Below are positions 1 through 10,355 of a stretch of 64,000 nucleotides of DNA, one piece after another. The first letter of the stretch is position 1. Each line of letters opens with the position of its first letter. The position numbers and the translations under genes were made by a program. This DNA is from a bacterium. Lineage in GTDB: Bacteria > Patescibacteriota > Minisyncoccia > Phycocordibacterales > UBA5272. The DNA lies in the NCBI GenBank assembly GCA_023267595.1, contig JAHFNB010000001.1:8837-72836 (forward strand), written 5' to 3'. The notes beneath the pieces were generated by a model. That model did not search any database. It was given only the letters and a program-made list of their open reading frames with translations, and was not told where the DNA came from.

Positions 1-98
1 TGCTGTACTATGACTAATCCTCTCATATTTTGCCAGAAAAGTCAATAAAATGAGTATGATCAATTGAATACTAGATGACGGGTATTTTTTAAGCAAAA

Positions 99-123
99 AG
101 ACCTACTTACAAAGGTCTTTTTT
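99..123 (-). terminator. intrinsic terminator-like hairpin downstream of the 159..1016 minus-strand gene
   Basis: inverted repeat aaaagacc-N9-ggtctttttt followed by T-run on minus strand. Confidence 0.5.
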
Positions 124-158
124 GTATTTCTTTTGGTGTCCAACCTTAATCTTCTAAA

Positions 159-1016
159 TTATCTCAAAACGTACCTACTCCAACGCTTTTCCCCTATACG
201 CTCTATAAGGTTGTCATAAAGGAGAGCATTTAACTCTCTTTGTATTGTTTTTTCACTACATCCTCGTATTCTTGAAGCAATGTCCTTTATACTCACATCC
301 ACCCCTTTAACAAAAAGGGCTAGTATTTGCTCACGTCTTGACTGTTTCCGCATTTGAAATGAAGACGCAAGAGGAAGATTATTACTCTTCACATGCTCCA
401 TGAGGTTTGTATGTACTGAACTTATGTCTTTTATTTTATCTTGTCCTTTATTTACTAATTCTTGTCCTTTATAATCTTTTCCTTCTAATTTTGAGGTAAT
501 ACCTGCTTGACGTATAAGATCATGACTACGACGCAAGTCTTGTTCATTTGTATGCAGTCGAGCAAGATTAAGAGGTGTGAGTACATCATAGGATGTCGAA
601 GTGATTGCTGAGGTGAACGTACCTTTATCATCTAATGCTTGATCATCTACAGAAAGCATCTCTTTGGTAAGGATTGGTTGTTTCTTTTCTAAGACAAGTT
701 GTAATGAACGAAATCCTTCCATGAGTAATTCGCCGTTCATTTGAGAGACAATTCCCGTAGTGATAGCAACGTGAAGGAGTGAGACAATTTCAGTAACAGA
801 CTTAAGTGAGATTTTCATTTCTATTACTCTGTCTTTTACATCTAATTGGGAAAGGGCATTCATTGAAGACAAGAGTGCTACTGCATTTTTTCGTAAACCA
901 TGTTTTATGGGTTCAGAATTAGACATTAAATCAGTAACAAGATAGAGAGCAGTTACGAGTCGTTCTGACTTTTTTGCAACTAATGTTCCGTAGTCTTTTT
1001 TTGCTTCTTCATTCAT
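159..1016 (-). CDS. hypothetical protein with C-terminal winged-helix (DeoR-type HTH-like) segment
   Basis: 285 aa; C-terminal ...SEKTIQRELNALLYDNLIERIGEKRWSRYVL resembles wHTH; divergent from ftsK across a 290-bp AT-rich region. Confidence 0.35.
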   Translation of the reverse strand: MNEEAKKDYGTLVAKKSERLVTALYLVTDLMSNSEPIKHGLRKNAVALLSSMNALSQLDVKDRVIEMKISLKSVTEIVSLLHVAITTGIVSQMNGELLMEGFRSLQLVLEKKQPILTKEMLSVDDQALDDKGTFTSAITSTSYDVLTPLNLARLHTNEQDLRRSHDLIRQAGITSKLEGKDYKGQELVNKGQDKIKDISSVHTNLMEHVKSNNLPLASSFQMRKQSRREQILALFVKGVDVSIKDIASRIRGCSEKTIQRELNALLYDNLIERIGEKRWSRYVLR

Positions 1017-1310
1017 AATGTCTTTTATTTGTCTTTATTTATATATCTATTGTCTTATAAAATATCTGTAACTTCTGTCTCTTTTTTATTATGACTTATT
1101 AAAAGTTACTACTACTGGTACATAGTGTCTATTCTATGCCTTTTATTACAAATGTAAATACTTGTCTAATACAATTTTTATGTCCCTATGATAAACAACC
1201 TCTACCTCTACCGTTGTTCCTTTCTTAATCTCTTGTTTCTTAGTTCTCTTCTTCGTTATTCCTTATATAAACACTATGTTTTTGGTATACTTTTTATATA
1301 ATTATTCCCT

Positions 1311-3587
1311 ATGGCAAAAGAGTCTCTTCAAATAGATGTACCACGTACACGTAGACGCCGAAGTAAAGATCCTGTACTTACAGAAACTGTACTTGGTGTT
1401 CTTGCAGTGATCTTTATTATGATTGGGACACTTCTTATTTTCTCTGCTGTTGGTGCAGGTGGTGAAGGTGGGAAAAATCTTTTTGAAGGAATAAGTTCCC
1501 TTATTGGTAAGTTCACCTATCTTACTCCACTTCTCTGTTTTTATATTGCTTACTATTTATGGAAAGAAGAGATCCCTGAAATACGTTTTATGACTGCACT
1601 TGGAACTATCTGTCTTGTGCTTGGTATTGCAGGATTTGGAACTATTATAGGACCAATCAATCAACCACCTGATCAAATCTTTGGTGGATACCTTGGTTTG
1701 GTTATTGTGAATCCTCTTCTTGAATACTTTGCATACTATCCGAGTATTGCAATATTAGTTGGTATTACTCTTATTGGAGCAATTATCACTCTTGAACGAA
1801 AACCGTCTCTTACACCACTGTTACAGATACTTATGTATCCACTTAAACATATCTTTGCATTACGCCAAGCAAGAAAAGAACAGTCATTTGATGATGAAGA
1901 ACACGAACCTGCACAATATGTACCAGAAGAATCTATAGAATTGCAAGATGACAACTTAAGAAAAGAACTTTTTGGTGAACTTGCACCAATTGATGATGAT
2001 CTCCCACAACTCAAAAAAGAAATACCTATGAAGCCAGTCATACTCACACCTGAGTTTGTACCACCGCCACTTGATCTCTTAAACGTTGATAGTGGAAAAT
2101 CAGGTGCTGGAGATTCTCGTGCAAAAATGATAACTATTCAAAAAACTCTAGAGCATTTTAAAATTCATGTTGAAATGGGAGAAGTAACTGTTGGTCCTAC
2201 GGTTACACAGTTTACTTTGAAACCTGCTCAAGGAGTAAATCTTTCAAAGGTTGTTGCTCTCCATGATAATCTAGCCATGGAGTTAGGATCTGAATTTTTA
2301 CGTATTGAAGCACCAATACCTGGAAAAACTCTTGTGGGTATTGAAGTACCTAATGAGAGAAAATCTTTACTTGGTCTTCGCTCAATGCTTGAATTAGATG
2401 AATTTAAAAATGCAGGTCCACTTTTTATGGCGATTGGAAAAAGTATTATAGGAAAACCAATTTTTGGAGATCTTGAGAAAATGCCACACTTACTCGTTGC
2501 CGGGGCTACACGAACAGGTAAATCAGTAACGCTTCAAAATCTCCTTGTTTCATTACTCTATAAAAACTCACCTTATGATTTGAAACTCATTATCCTTGAT
2601 CCAAAACGGGTAGAGTTTACTGCATACACCAATCTTCCTCATCTCTATACTCCTATTATTAAAGAGCCAAAAGGTGCCATTAAAGCACTCAACTGGGCAA
2701 TACAAGAAATGGAAAGACGATATGAAATACTTGCAGAACATGGTCAAGTAAATGTACATGACTATAATAAAAAAATATTATCTCCTGCATTAGACAAAGC
2801 ACGAAAGAAAGGAAAGGTTGGTGATGAATTAACTGACATTCCTCCAAAGATGCCTTATATTGTAATTATTTTTGATGAATACAACGACTTTATGCTTTCT
2901 TATCCAAAAGAAATATCTCCACTTATTACAGCACTCACTCAAAAAGGTCGTGCTGCGGGTATTCATCTCATCTTGGCAACACAACGACCAGATGTAAAAG
3001 TAATTACAGGAACTATCAAAGCAAATATTCCTGCACGTATGGCTCTTAAAACTACATCACAAATTGATTCACGTACAATCTTAGATGCCTCTGGCGCGGA
3101 AGATCTTCTTGGAAATGGTGACATGTTATACATGGCATCAGATAACCCTCGATTACTTCGTCTTCAAGCACCTTTCATTTCTACAGAAGAAATAAAAGCA
3201 GTTGTTTCATATATTAAACACGCAAATGTTGATTTTATTCCAGAAAGTATCGATATTTCAAAAGTAAAAGTTGGAACATCAAGTGGACTCGTTTCAGATG
3301 ACGGAGTAAATAGTGGTACAGAACCAGAAGATGATGAAGACTACATGAGTGCGAAGGATTACGTAATCTCTACAGGAAAGGCATCTACCTCTTCCCTTCA
3401 AACTGCATTTCGTTGGGGTTACAATAAAGCAGCACGTATAATCAATGACCTTGAACGATTTAGCATTATCGGTCCTGCACGACAAGGAGAGCGCTATCGA
3501 GAAATTCTTGTCGGTGGATCATCTGGTGAAGAGCAATTAGAAGAAACATTACAAAAGGATTCAACAACTGATGATATTTTTAAGTAA
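1311..3587 (+). CDS. ftsK: DNA translocase FtsK/SpoIIIE
   Basis: N-terminal TM helices, Walker A VAGATRTGKS, Walker B IIFDEYND, RecA-like motor, C-terminal gamma wHTH (QTAFRWGYNKAARIINDLE). Confidence 0.9.
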   Translation: MAKESLQIDVPRTRRRRSKDPVLTETVLGVLAVIFIMIGTLLIFSAVGAGGEGGKNLFEGISSLIGKFTYLTPLLCFYIAYYLWKEEIPEIRFMTALGTICLVLGIAGFGTIIGPINQPPDQIFGGYLGLVIVNPLLEYFAYYPSIAILVGITLIGAIITLERKPSLTPLLQILMYPLKHIFALRQARKEQSFDDEEHEPAQYVPEESIELQDDNLRKELFGELAPIDDDLPQLKKEIPMKPVILTPEFVPPPLDLLNVDSGKSGAGDSRAKMITIQKTLEHFKIHVEMGEVTVGPTVTQFTLKPAQGVNLSKVVALHDNLAMELGSEFLRIEAPIPGKTLVGIEVPNERKSLLGLRSMLELDEFKNAGPLFMAIGKSIIGKPIFGDLEKMPHLLVAGATRTGKSVTLQNLLVSLLYKNSPYDLKLIILDPKRVEFTAYTNLPHLYTPIIKEPKGAIKALNWAIQEMERRYEILAEHGQVNVHDYNKKILSPALDKARKKGKVGDELTDIPPKMPYIVIIFDEYNDFMLSYPKEISPLITALTQKGRAAGIHLILATQRPDVKVITGTIKANIPARMALKTTSQIDSRTILDASGAEDLLGNGDMLYMASDNPRLLRLQAPFISTEEIKAVVSYIKHANVDFIPESIDISKVKVGTSSGLVSDDGVNSGTEPEDDEDYMSAKDYVISTGKASTSSLQTAFRWGYNKAARIINDLERFSIIGPARQGERYREILVGGSSGEEQLEETLQKDSTTDDIFK

Positions 3588-3613
3588 TGTAAAGATATCA
3601 ATCCATTATTAAT

Positions 3614-3967
3614 ATGATTGAACCTTATGATCTACGGAAAAAGATAGAACTCTATTTTGTAGGAACCCTTCTTGTTATTGCACTTATATACGGACTTTTC
3701 CGTGCATACCCTCTCATAGCAGGACCATCTATTACCATCTACAACCCGCAAGATGGTGATATTGTTGCTAGTTCTACTTTTGAAATAACTGGTCTAGTAA
3801 AACGAGCAAATGAAATAACTTTACAAGGTCGCCCCATAACTATAGATACCGAGGGTCATTTCAAAGAGGTATTGGTAGCCTACACGCCATATACTATACT
3901 GGTATTACATGCTACCGATAAATATGGGGCAACAATTACCAAGACACTTCGAGTAATACCGAAATAA
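3614..3967 (+). CDS. small membrane-anchored hypothetical protein
   Basis: 117 aa, one N-terminal TM helix then predicted beta-rich extracytoplasmic domain. Confidence 0.4.
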   Translation: MIEPYDLRKKIELYFVGTLLVIALIYGLFRAYPLIAGPSITIYNPQDGDIVASSTFEITGLVKRANEITLQGRPITIDTEGHFKEVLVAYTPYTILVLHATDKYGATITKTLRVIPK

Positions 3968-3983
3968 ACAATTACCACTTAAT

Positions 3984-5081
3984 ATGATGAAGAAAAAAGT
4001 TGCAAAACCGCCAAAAACAGTAGGAACACGAGAATCTAACGAAAAAGGAATGAGATCTGGTAATTCAGATGCATTGTTACGAGAAATACAAAATAAATTT
4101 GGTGAAGGATCAATGATGAAATTAGGAAGTGCACCGAAAGTTGATGTTGGTGTTGTTCCTACAGGATCACTTGGATTAGATGCTGCTCTTGGCGTTGGAG
4201 GATTACCTCGCGGAAGAATTGTAGAGATCTTTGGCCCAGAATCATCCGGTAAGACAACACTGACGCTCCACGTCATTGCAGAAGCACAAAAACTTGGGGG
4301 TATCTGTGCGTTTATTGATGCAGAACATGCAATGGACCCAGAATATGCCAAAAAACTTGGAGTAAATATAAATGAATTACTTATCTCTCAACCAGATAAT
4401 GGTGAACAAGCCCTTGAAATTGCAGAATCAATAGTACGAAGTGGAAAGGTAGATGTACTTGTTATTGACTCAGTCGCAGCACTTACACCAAAAGATGAAA
4501 TAGAAGGAGACATGGGAGCACAACATGTTGGAAAGCAAGCACGCCTCATGTCACAAGCACTTCGAAAATTAACTGCGATTGCTCATCGTTCACAAACAGT
4601 TATTATTTTTATCAATCAAATTCGTATGCAAATCGGTGTGATGTTTGGAAATCCAGAAACAACTCCAGGTGGAAAGGCACTTAAGTTCTACTCTTCTGTT
4701 CGCCTCGATATTCGTAAAATTGCTCAGATTAAAAAAGGAGATGATGTTGTTGGTGCTCGTACAAAAGTAAAAGTTGTAAAAAATAAAGTTGCAGCCCCTT
4801 TTAAAACAACTGAATTTGATATTATGTACAACGAAGGTATTTCTCGTGAGGGAGAACTTCTCGCACTTGGTGAAAAGTTTAAACTTGTGCAAAAAACAGG
4901 AAGCAGTTATACCTATGGAGATGAAAAACTAGGTCGTGGGTATGATGCTGCGCGTACATATTTACGAGAAAATAAAAAAGTTGGTGCTAAACTAACAAAA
5001 GAAATAGAAAAATTATTAGTAAGTGGTGCACTTTCATATTCTGGTTCTGTAGATCCAGAAGAAAATGAGCAACCAGAATAA
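3984..5081 (+). CDS. recA: recombinase RecA
   Basis: [36 protein letters not shown], full RecA core; ~25-aa N-terminal extension. Confidence 0.95.
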   Translation: MMKKKVAKPPKTVGTRESNEKGMRSGNSDALLREIQNKFGEGSMMKLGSAPKVDVGVVPTGSLGLDAALGVGGLPRGRIVEIFGPESSGKTTLTLHVIAEAQKLGGICAFIDAEHAMDPEYAKKLGVNINELLISQPDNGEQALEIAESIVRSGKVDVLVIDSVAALTPKDEIEGDMGAQHVGKQARLMSQALRKLTAIAHRSQTVIIFINQIRMQIGVMFGNPETTPGGKALKFYSSVRLDIRKIAQIKKGDDVVGARTKVKVVKNKVAAPFKTTEFDIMYNEGISREGELLALGEKFKLVQKTGSSYTYGDEKLGRGYDAARTYLRENKKVGAKLTKEIEKLLVSGALSYSGSVDPEENEQPE

Positions 5082-5087
5082 ATAACA

Positions 5088-5369
5088 ATGATCATGTTTA
5101 ATCCACACCTAGGAGGAGAACCTATAAACACTCAAAGAGAAATTATTGAAGGATACACAGTGCCTACAGAACAAGAGGTCATGATGTGGGATATATCGAA
5201 ATTAGAAAGTGAATTTAAAACTCTCGAAGATTTACGAATGAATCTCATACAAAAAAGTGAAAGAGAAAGTGGCATACCTGACTCTACTATTATAGGACAA
5301 GTACGAACTCTTGCAGAAATAGGACGATCTATGTTTTCCAGAATAGAGACCTTAAAGAAAGGAAACTAG
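5088..5369 (+). CDS. hypothetical protein in the position usually occupied by recX
   Basis: 93 aa ORF starting 7 nt after recA stop; no recognisable motif. Confidence 0.3.
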   Translation: MIMFNPHLGGEPINTQREIIEGYTVPTEQEVMMWDISKLESEFKTLEDLRMNLIQKSERESGIPDSTIIGQVRTLAEIGRSMFSRIETLKKGN

Positions 5370-5434
5370 TTCAAAAATAGAGAGATTTGTATTTCGGCTA
5401 TTTTTTGGTATGATAGTGCTTACTATTTGTTTAA

Positions 5435-6034
5435 TTGGAAAATCCTATGGCAAAACTTGATTATAATGAAATAAAACCTAGAAAATACATCGTTTATAAT
5501 GATGAACCTTTTGAAATACTTGAGTCTCACGTAGCACGTACCCAACAGAGAAAACCACAAAATCAGGTAAAGATGAGAAATATGCTAAATGGAAAAGTAA
5601 TTCCTGGCACTTTTTATGCATCTGACACTGCAGATGAAGCAGATATTATAAAACGTGAAGCAAAATTCATCTATGCAAGTCGTGGAGAATATTGGTTCTG
5701 TGACCCACATGATGCAAAAAATAGATATACAATACCTGAAGATATTCTAGGGAATGCAACAAAATATTTGAAGGCAGACACAATTGTCGATTTGATGATT
5801 TTTGAATATGATGACGAAGAAAAAATAATTGGTGTAACTCTTCCAATCAAAATGACTTTCACTGTAAAAGAAGCACCTCCTGCAATCAGAGGAAATACTT
5901 CTTCTGGTGGGAACAAACTAGTGACCCTTGAAACTGGTGCACAGATTACAACACCACTGTTTATTGAAACAGGAGAAAAGATTATTGTAAACACAGAAAC
6001 TGGAGAATACGTTGAACGTGCACCTAAGAACTAA
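5435..6034 (+). CDS. efp: elongation factor P
   Basis: KOW-like N-terminus, C-terminal TTPLFIETGEKIIVNTETGEYVERA matches EF-P domain III. Confidence 0.85.
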   Translation: MENPMAKLDYNEIKPRKYIVYNDEPFEILESHVARTQQRKPQNQVKMRNMLNGKVIPGTFYASDTADEADIIKREAKFIYASRGEYWFCDPHDAKNRYTIPEDILGNATKYLKADTIVDLMIFEYDDEEKIIGVTLPIKMTFTVKEAPPAIRGNTSSGGNKLVTLETGAQITTPLFIETGEKIIVNTETGEYVERAPKN

Positions 6035-6056
6035 CTCTAGTTTACTTTAATCTATA

Positions 6057-6160
6057 ATTATTCCAGATACGCGAAGTCTAGAGATTTTTGGAAGAAGACG
6101 TACATATACTAGTACGGCGACTGAGAAAAATCTCGTAGCGACAAAGTAGATGGGATGATT
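6057..6160. repeat. ~103-bp intergenic repeat element, copy 1
   Basis: ~93% identical to 19146..19248; contains nested inverted repeats gagattttt/aaaaatctc and cgtac/gtacg. Confidence 0.6.
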
Positions 6161-8900
6161 ATAGATTAAAGTTGTATTTTTTGAGTATTTCTGACTCCAC
6201 TTCTTCCTTTGGTCTTCCATACGTTAAATAACTTAATTCTTTCAGAGAATCGATTCGTGACATATCCCCTATCTTTGGTGGTAACGTAACAATATCAAAT
6301 GGTTTTCTTGGTTCACCATTAACAAGCATTTTTATATATGCATGGTAGTTTTCTATCTTCATGATATCTCCTGCAGTAAATGTAGGTGCAAATTGTTGCT
6401 CGAGATACTGTGCATCGTCTCCTCCTACACGAAATACGGCAAGTGATCCAACATTTCCAAATACTGCACCTTTTATATCTTCTGGTAATTGTGCAATGTA
6501 TTGATGTGCTACTGAAAGAGATAATCTGTACTTGCGTGCTTCAGATAAAATACTTGCGATACTTGGTGTCGTCACATTTTGGAATTCATCAATATACAAG
6601 AAAAAATCTGGTCGCTCTGTTGCGTTCACACGTGACATTGCTGCTTGAGATAATTTACCCACCAAGATAAGTCCAAGCAAATGAGAATTAATATCTCCAA
6701 GTCTTCCTTTTGAGAGATTTACTAGAAAAATCTTTTTCGTATCCATAATTTCTCTAAAATTAAAAGCAGATTTTTCCTGTGCAATAATCGGCCTCATAAT
6801 ATCATTTGACATAAACACATCAAACTTACTGTTAACATACTGTGTCCAGTTGGAGAGACCTTGCTCCCCTGTTGTTTTCTCTGCATTTTGCCAAAATTGT
6901 AAAAGAAGTGGATTTTTTGTTTTTGATAATTTGTAATCTCTGAAATCTTTATCAGAAAATACTCGTGATATTTCCAAAAGTGTATTTCCACTTTCTGGAT
7001 GTTCCATAACAAGAAGTGCTGCATTTCTAAAATATGATTCAAATCCTGGACCGCCGGAGACTTTCATATCAAATAATTTATTGAAAATGCCGAGTAATTC
7101 ATTAACCACAAATGTCTTTTGTTCGGGAAAATTCTTATCATATTCAAGCATATTTAATCCCATTGGACGCTCTATATAACTCGGATCAAAGTAAATGACA
7201 TCTTTGGTGCGCGCAGGTGGGATATGTGACAAAATATCTTGAATATCAGATCCATGAGGATCGATAAAGCAACACCCTTCCCCATTTTCAATATCTTGAA
7301 TAATCATATTTTTCAAGATAGATGTCTTTCCTGTTCCTGTTTGACCAATAACGTATAAATGTCTCATTCTATCCTCACGAGCAAAATGTATCGTTTGTTT
7401 TTGATCACGGAAATTATTTATACCAAGTACAATTCCTTCTGTTGGCATATCCATTGGGGCTTGGGCTGCTTTTTGTAACCTGACATTTGCCACATCTTTT
7501 GTCTGCATTGGAAAATGAAATACTGATGCGAGTTCAGAGATGTTAAGTGGGTAACTTTCATCTTCATTCCAAAGACGATATGAAAAGCGGTGAAGCAAGG
7601 CTTTTTGTTTTCTCCCATCTACTTCTTCCCACACAATACTATTTCCTCCAACAAGAGAAAACTGTGCGAACGCATTCTCCAAATCAGAACGTATTGCTTG
7701 TGCACGTGCAAAGTCTGCGGCTGAAGCAATAATACGAATATTTGTTTCAACAATTGTCTTTGCTAATTTTTCTTGTACATATTTCATTGCATTTTCTTCT
7801 ACCAATGATGGTTTCTTTTCTTTTTCCTTCTCTAATTGTTCTTTTGTTTTTGATGCTGAAAACATTTCACCAAGCACATGAAATGTTTCTTTAAGTGTGC
7901 TTTGTTTATCGATTACTCGTTTGAGTGTTTCTCCTTTTCGTAAATCCTCGAGCATATCACCGTATCGTTTTGCAAAGACATCTCCCGATGGACGTATGAG
8001 TAACTGTAGTGCAAGTCCTTCATTATCTTTTGCAATTTTTGTAAATGTTGAAAGAATAAGAGACATTGGATCGGCTTCCATGTTTTCATAGGTTTTTATA
8101 GGTAATGCAGGATGCGTACTTGCCTTAGCATACGAAGCAGCCGTGACTGCATGACTATGAAAAATATTATAATCATCTTTACACTCACGAACTTGTGCAG
8201 TTGGAAATACACCTAACACCACTTTTTCAAATAACGCCGCATAATCAATGTGTATTGCACAATAAAATGATGTCGTCGTAGTTCCGTTTGCTACACCCAG
8301 TTCAAGGGTATAATAATTCTTCTCTTTATTTGTTGCATCACTTGCGAGTGCCTGCATGGATGCATACCACTGTTCCATAAGTGCCATCATTTCCTTCATA
8401 CTCTTCACATTTCCCTCTGTTCCTTCTGGGAGTATCACTTCAAACAACTTCATATGAAGTGCTTTCCACTCATCTTTTGCAAGATTATTATCCATCACAT
8501 GACCAGAAAGAAGATACTGTACTAAGAATCTTTCAAAATCATCTTCCACTTCTGGATCATTTAATTCTTGCGCCATAATAAAGGCATTTTTCACCCCTTT
8601 ATCTGCCATAACTTGAGCAAGCATAGAAACTTGAGCATCAGTCTCTCGTGGAGATAACCATTCAAGCAATCTGTGTTTCTCTCCACTTGTTAATTGCACT
8701 TGTGGTGCAAGTATTTTTTCTTCTGGAACTTCTCTATAATCACGAACCACTTCACGAGCATGATCACTCTCTTTGAATCGATTTTCGAATCCTTTTGCAC
8801 GCTCAATTTTATTCGCAAGTTGCAAGCGTAAGTGTGCCACCTCTTCTTCAGGAGTAGTAAGCAGTGTATCCATACTGTACAGTTTACAGTTTACGGTCAA
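6159..8900 (-). CDS. FtsK/HerA/VirD4-superfamily P-loop ATPase (T4SS coupling-protein-like) with unknown ~450-aa N-terminal domain
   Basis: Walker A VIGQTGTGKTS, IDPHG, FDPSYIERPMGLNML, Walker B FFLYIDEFQN, RKYRLSLSVAHQYIAQL; no TM segment; starts 23 nt after map stop. Confidence 0.55.
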   Translation of the reverse strand: MTVNCKLYSMDTLLTTPEEEVAHLRLQLANKIERAKGFENRFKESDHAREVVRDYREVPEEKILAPQVQLTSGEKHRLLEWLSPRETDAQVSMLAQVMADKGVKNAFIMAQELNDPEVEDDFERFLVQYLLSGHVMDNNLAKDEWKALHMKLFEVILPEGTEGNVKSMKEMMALMEQWYASMQALASDATNKEKNYYTLELGVANGTTTTSFYCAIHIDYAALFEKVVLGVFPTAQVRECKDDYNIFHSHAVTAASYAKASTHPALPIKTYENMEADPMSLILSTFTKIAKDNEGLALQLLIRPSGDVFAKRYGDMLEDLRKGETLKRVIDKQSTLKETFHVLGEMFSASKTKEQLEKEKEKKPSLVEENAMKYVQEKLAKTIVETNIRIIASAADFARAQAIRSDLENAFAQFSLVGGNSIVWEEVDGRKQKALLHRFSYRLWNEDESYPLNISELASVFHFPMQTKDVANVRLQKAAQAPMDMPTEGIVLGINNFRDQKQTIHFAREDRMRHLYVIGQTGTGKTSILKNMIIQDIENGEGCCFIDPHGSDIQDILSHIPPARTKDVIYFDPSYIERPMGLNMLEYDKNFPEQKTFVVNELLGIFNKLFDMKVSGGPGFESYFRNAALLVMEHPESGNTLLEISRVFSDKDFRDYKLSKTKNPLLLQFWQNAEKTTGEQGLSNWTQYVNSKFDVFMSNDIMRPIIAQEKSAFNFREIMDTKKIFLVNLSKGRLGDINSHLLGLILVGKLSQAAMSRVNATERPDFFLYIDEFQNVTTPSIASILSEARKYRLSLSVAHQYIAQLPEDIKGAVFGNVGSLAVFRVGGDDAQYLEQQFAPTFTAGDIMKIENYHAYIKMLVNGEPRKPFDIVTLPPKIGDMSRIDSLKELSYLTYGRPKEEVESEILKKYNFNL

Positions 8901-8923
8901 CAGTTGCCAGTGAATACAAATGC

Positions 8924-9691
8924 CTATTGAGTGATAATTTCTGCTTTTCCGTCAGTAATCAAAATGGTATGTTCAAAATGCGCAGATTTTTTACCATCAC
9001 GAGTTTTAAAAGTATATCCATCATCTGCCAAATATACTTCATCAGTCCCTAGATTTACCATTGGTTCAAGTGCAAGTACCATTCCTTTTACAAGTTTTGG
9101 ACCCTTCACTCCATCATCAAAGTTTGGTACATAGGGTTCTTCATGTACTTTATACCCAACACCATGTCCTGATAATATTTTTACGATGCCATATTTTTTT
9201 GGAATTGCCTTTTCAATAGCACGTGATATATCATTTACATACTTTCCATTCTCTGCTGCGTGTATTCCTGCCATAAGCGCTTTCTTTGTCACTTCAATCA
9301 ATTCTTCTTCCTCTTTTGTTATTTTTCCAACAGGTACAGTTATTGCCGAGTCAGATATCATTCCTTTATGTGTCACTCCACCATCTAATCCAACAATATC
9401 CCCTTCTTTGAGCACATACTCCCCTCCTATGCCATGCACCACTTCATCATTCACTGAAATACAAATACTTCCTGGATATGGATAATCTGCCCCAAATGGT
9501 TGATAGTGTAAAAATGCAGGTTTGTCCCCCATCTCTACTATCATATCGTGAACAAAATCATTTAAATGTTGTGTGGTAACTCCAGGACGTACTTCATTTT
9601 TTACGGCCTGCAAAACACGCGCAAGTCTTTTTCCACTTTCACGTAGTATTTTTATATCATTTTCTGTTTTTATTTTTACATCATATTTCAT
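8924..9691 (-). CDS. map: methionine aminopeptidase type I
   Basis: pita-bread fold motifs HGIGG..., HFEHTILIT; start moved to MKYDVKIK (ORF-track start 9724 would overlap adk). Confidence 0.9.
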   Translation of the reverse strand: MKYDVKIKTENDIKILRESGKRLARVLQAVKNEVRPGVTTQHLNDFVHDMIVEMGDKPAFLHYQPFGADYPYPGSICISVNDEVVHGIGGEYVLKEGDIVGLDGGVTHKGMISDSAITVPVGKITKEEEELIEVTKKALMAGIHAAENGKYVNDISRAIEKAIPKKYGIVKILSGHGVGYKVHEEPYVPNFDDGVKGPKLVKGMVLALEPMVNLGTDEVYLADDGYTFKTRDGKKSAHFEHTILITDGKAEIITQ

Positions 9692-9710
9692 AACATGTAG
9701 TTTCCAGCAT

Positions 9711-10319
9711 CTATCCTCTAACATCTAACTTCTCCAGTATTTCTTTATGAACTTCTTCGATTGTTTGTTCACCGTTAATATGTAGCACCTTGTAACGTGG
9801 ATCATGTAAATACACATCAAGTGTAGGGAGTACTTCTGTCTCAAACCAAGAAAGTCTACGTTCTATATCCTCAATACTCTTATCATCATCACGTCCACGA
9901 GCAAGTAATCGTTCCTTTGACCAACCTTCAGAGACATCAACATAGACGACAATTGGTTTTTCATATCCTAAAAATGTAATAGCACTGTGTAATACATGTA
10001 CTTCAAAAGGTTTACGTGGCGCGCCATCAAGTAATATAGTTTCATCACCTTTAAGTGTGTTTATAAAAATATTTGCCCAATTATAGACAGCCAAAAACTC
10101 AGGTTGTAATGCTCCTAGTTCATTAACTTTTCTAGAGAGAGAAGAAACATAGGTATCTTGTTTTGCAAACGCACGAAAACCATCCCCTGTTGTGATATGG
10201 ACTACATTTTCTATACCTTTACCTTCCAATTCCTTTTTAAGTAATTCTGCCTGAGTCCCTTTCCCACATCCAGAACGCCCTATAAATATAAAGAATTGCT
10301 TCTGTCTTTCTCCTTGCAT
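9711..10319 (-). CDS. adk: adenylate kinase-like nucleoside monophosphate kinase
   Basis: P-loop IFIGRSGCGKGTQAE; spc-operon position between secY side and map. Confidence 0.75.
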   Translation of the reverse strand: MQGERQKQFFIFIGRSGCGKGTQAELLKKELEGKGIENVVHITTGDGFRAFAKQDTYVSSLSRKVNELGALQPEFLAVYNWANIFINTLKGDETILLDGAPRKPFEVHVLHSAITFLGYEKPIVVYVDVSEGWSKERLLARGRDDDKSIEDIERRLSWFETEVLPTLDVYLHDPRYKVLHINGEQTIEEVHKEILEKLDVRG

Positions 10320-10355
10320 TCCTGTATGCTATCACAAAATGTGAGAAAAATCTTC

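Noticed and set aside
4590-5131. Minus-strand ORFs of 100 and 72 aa
   Set aside because: They are antisense within recA and low-complexity.
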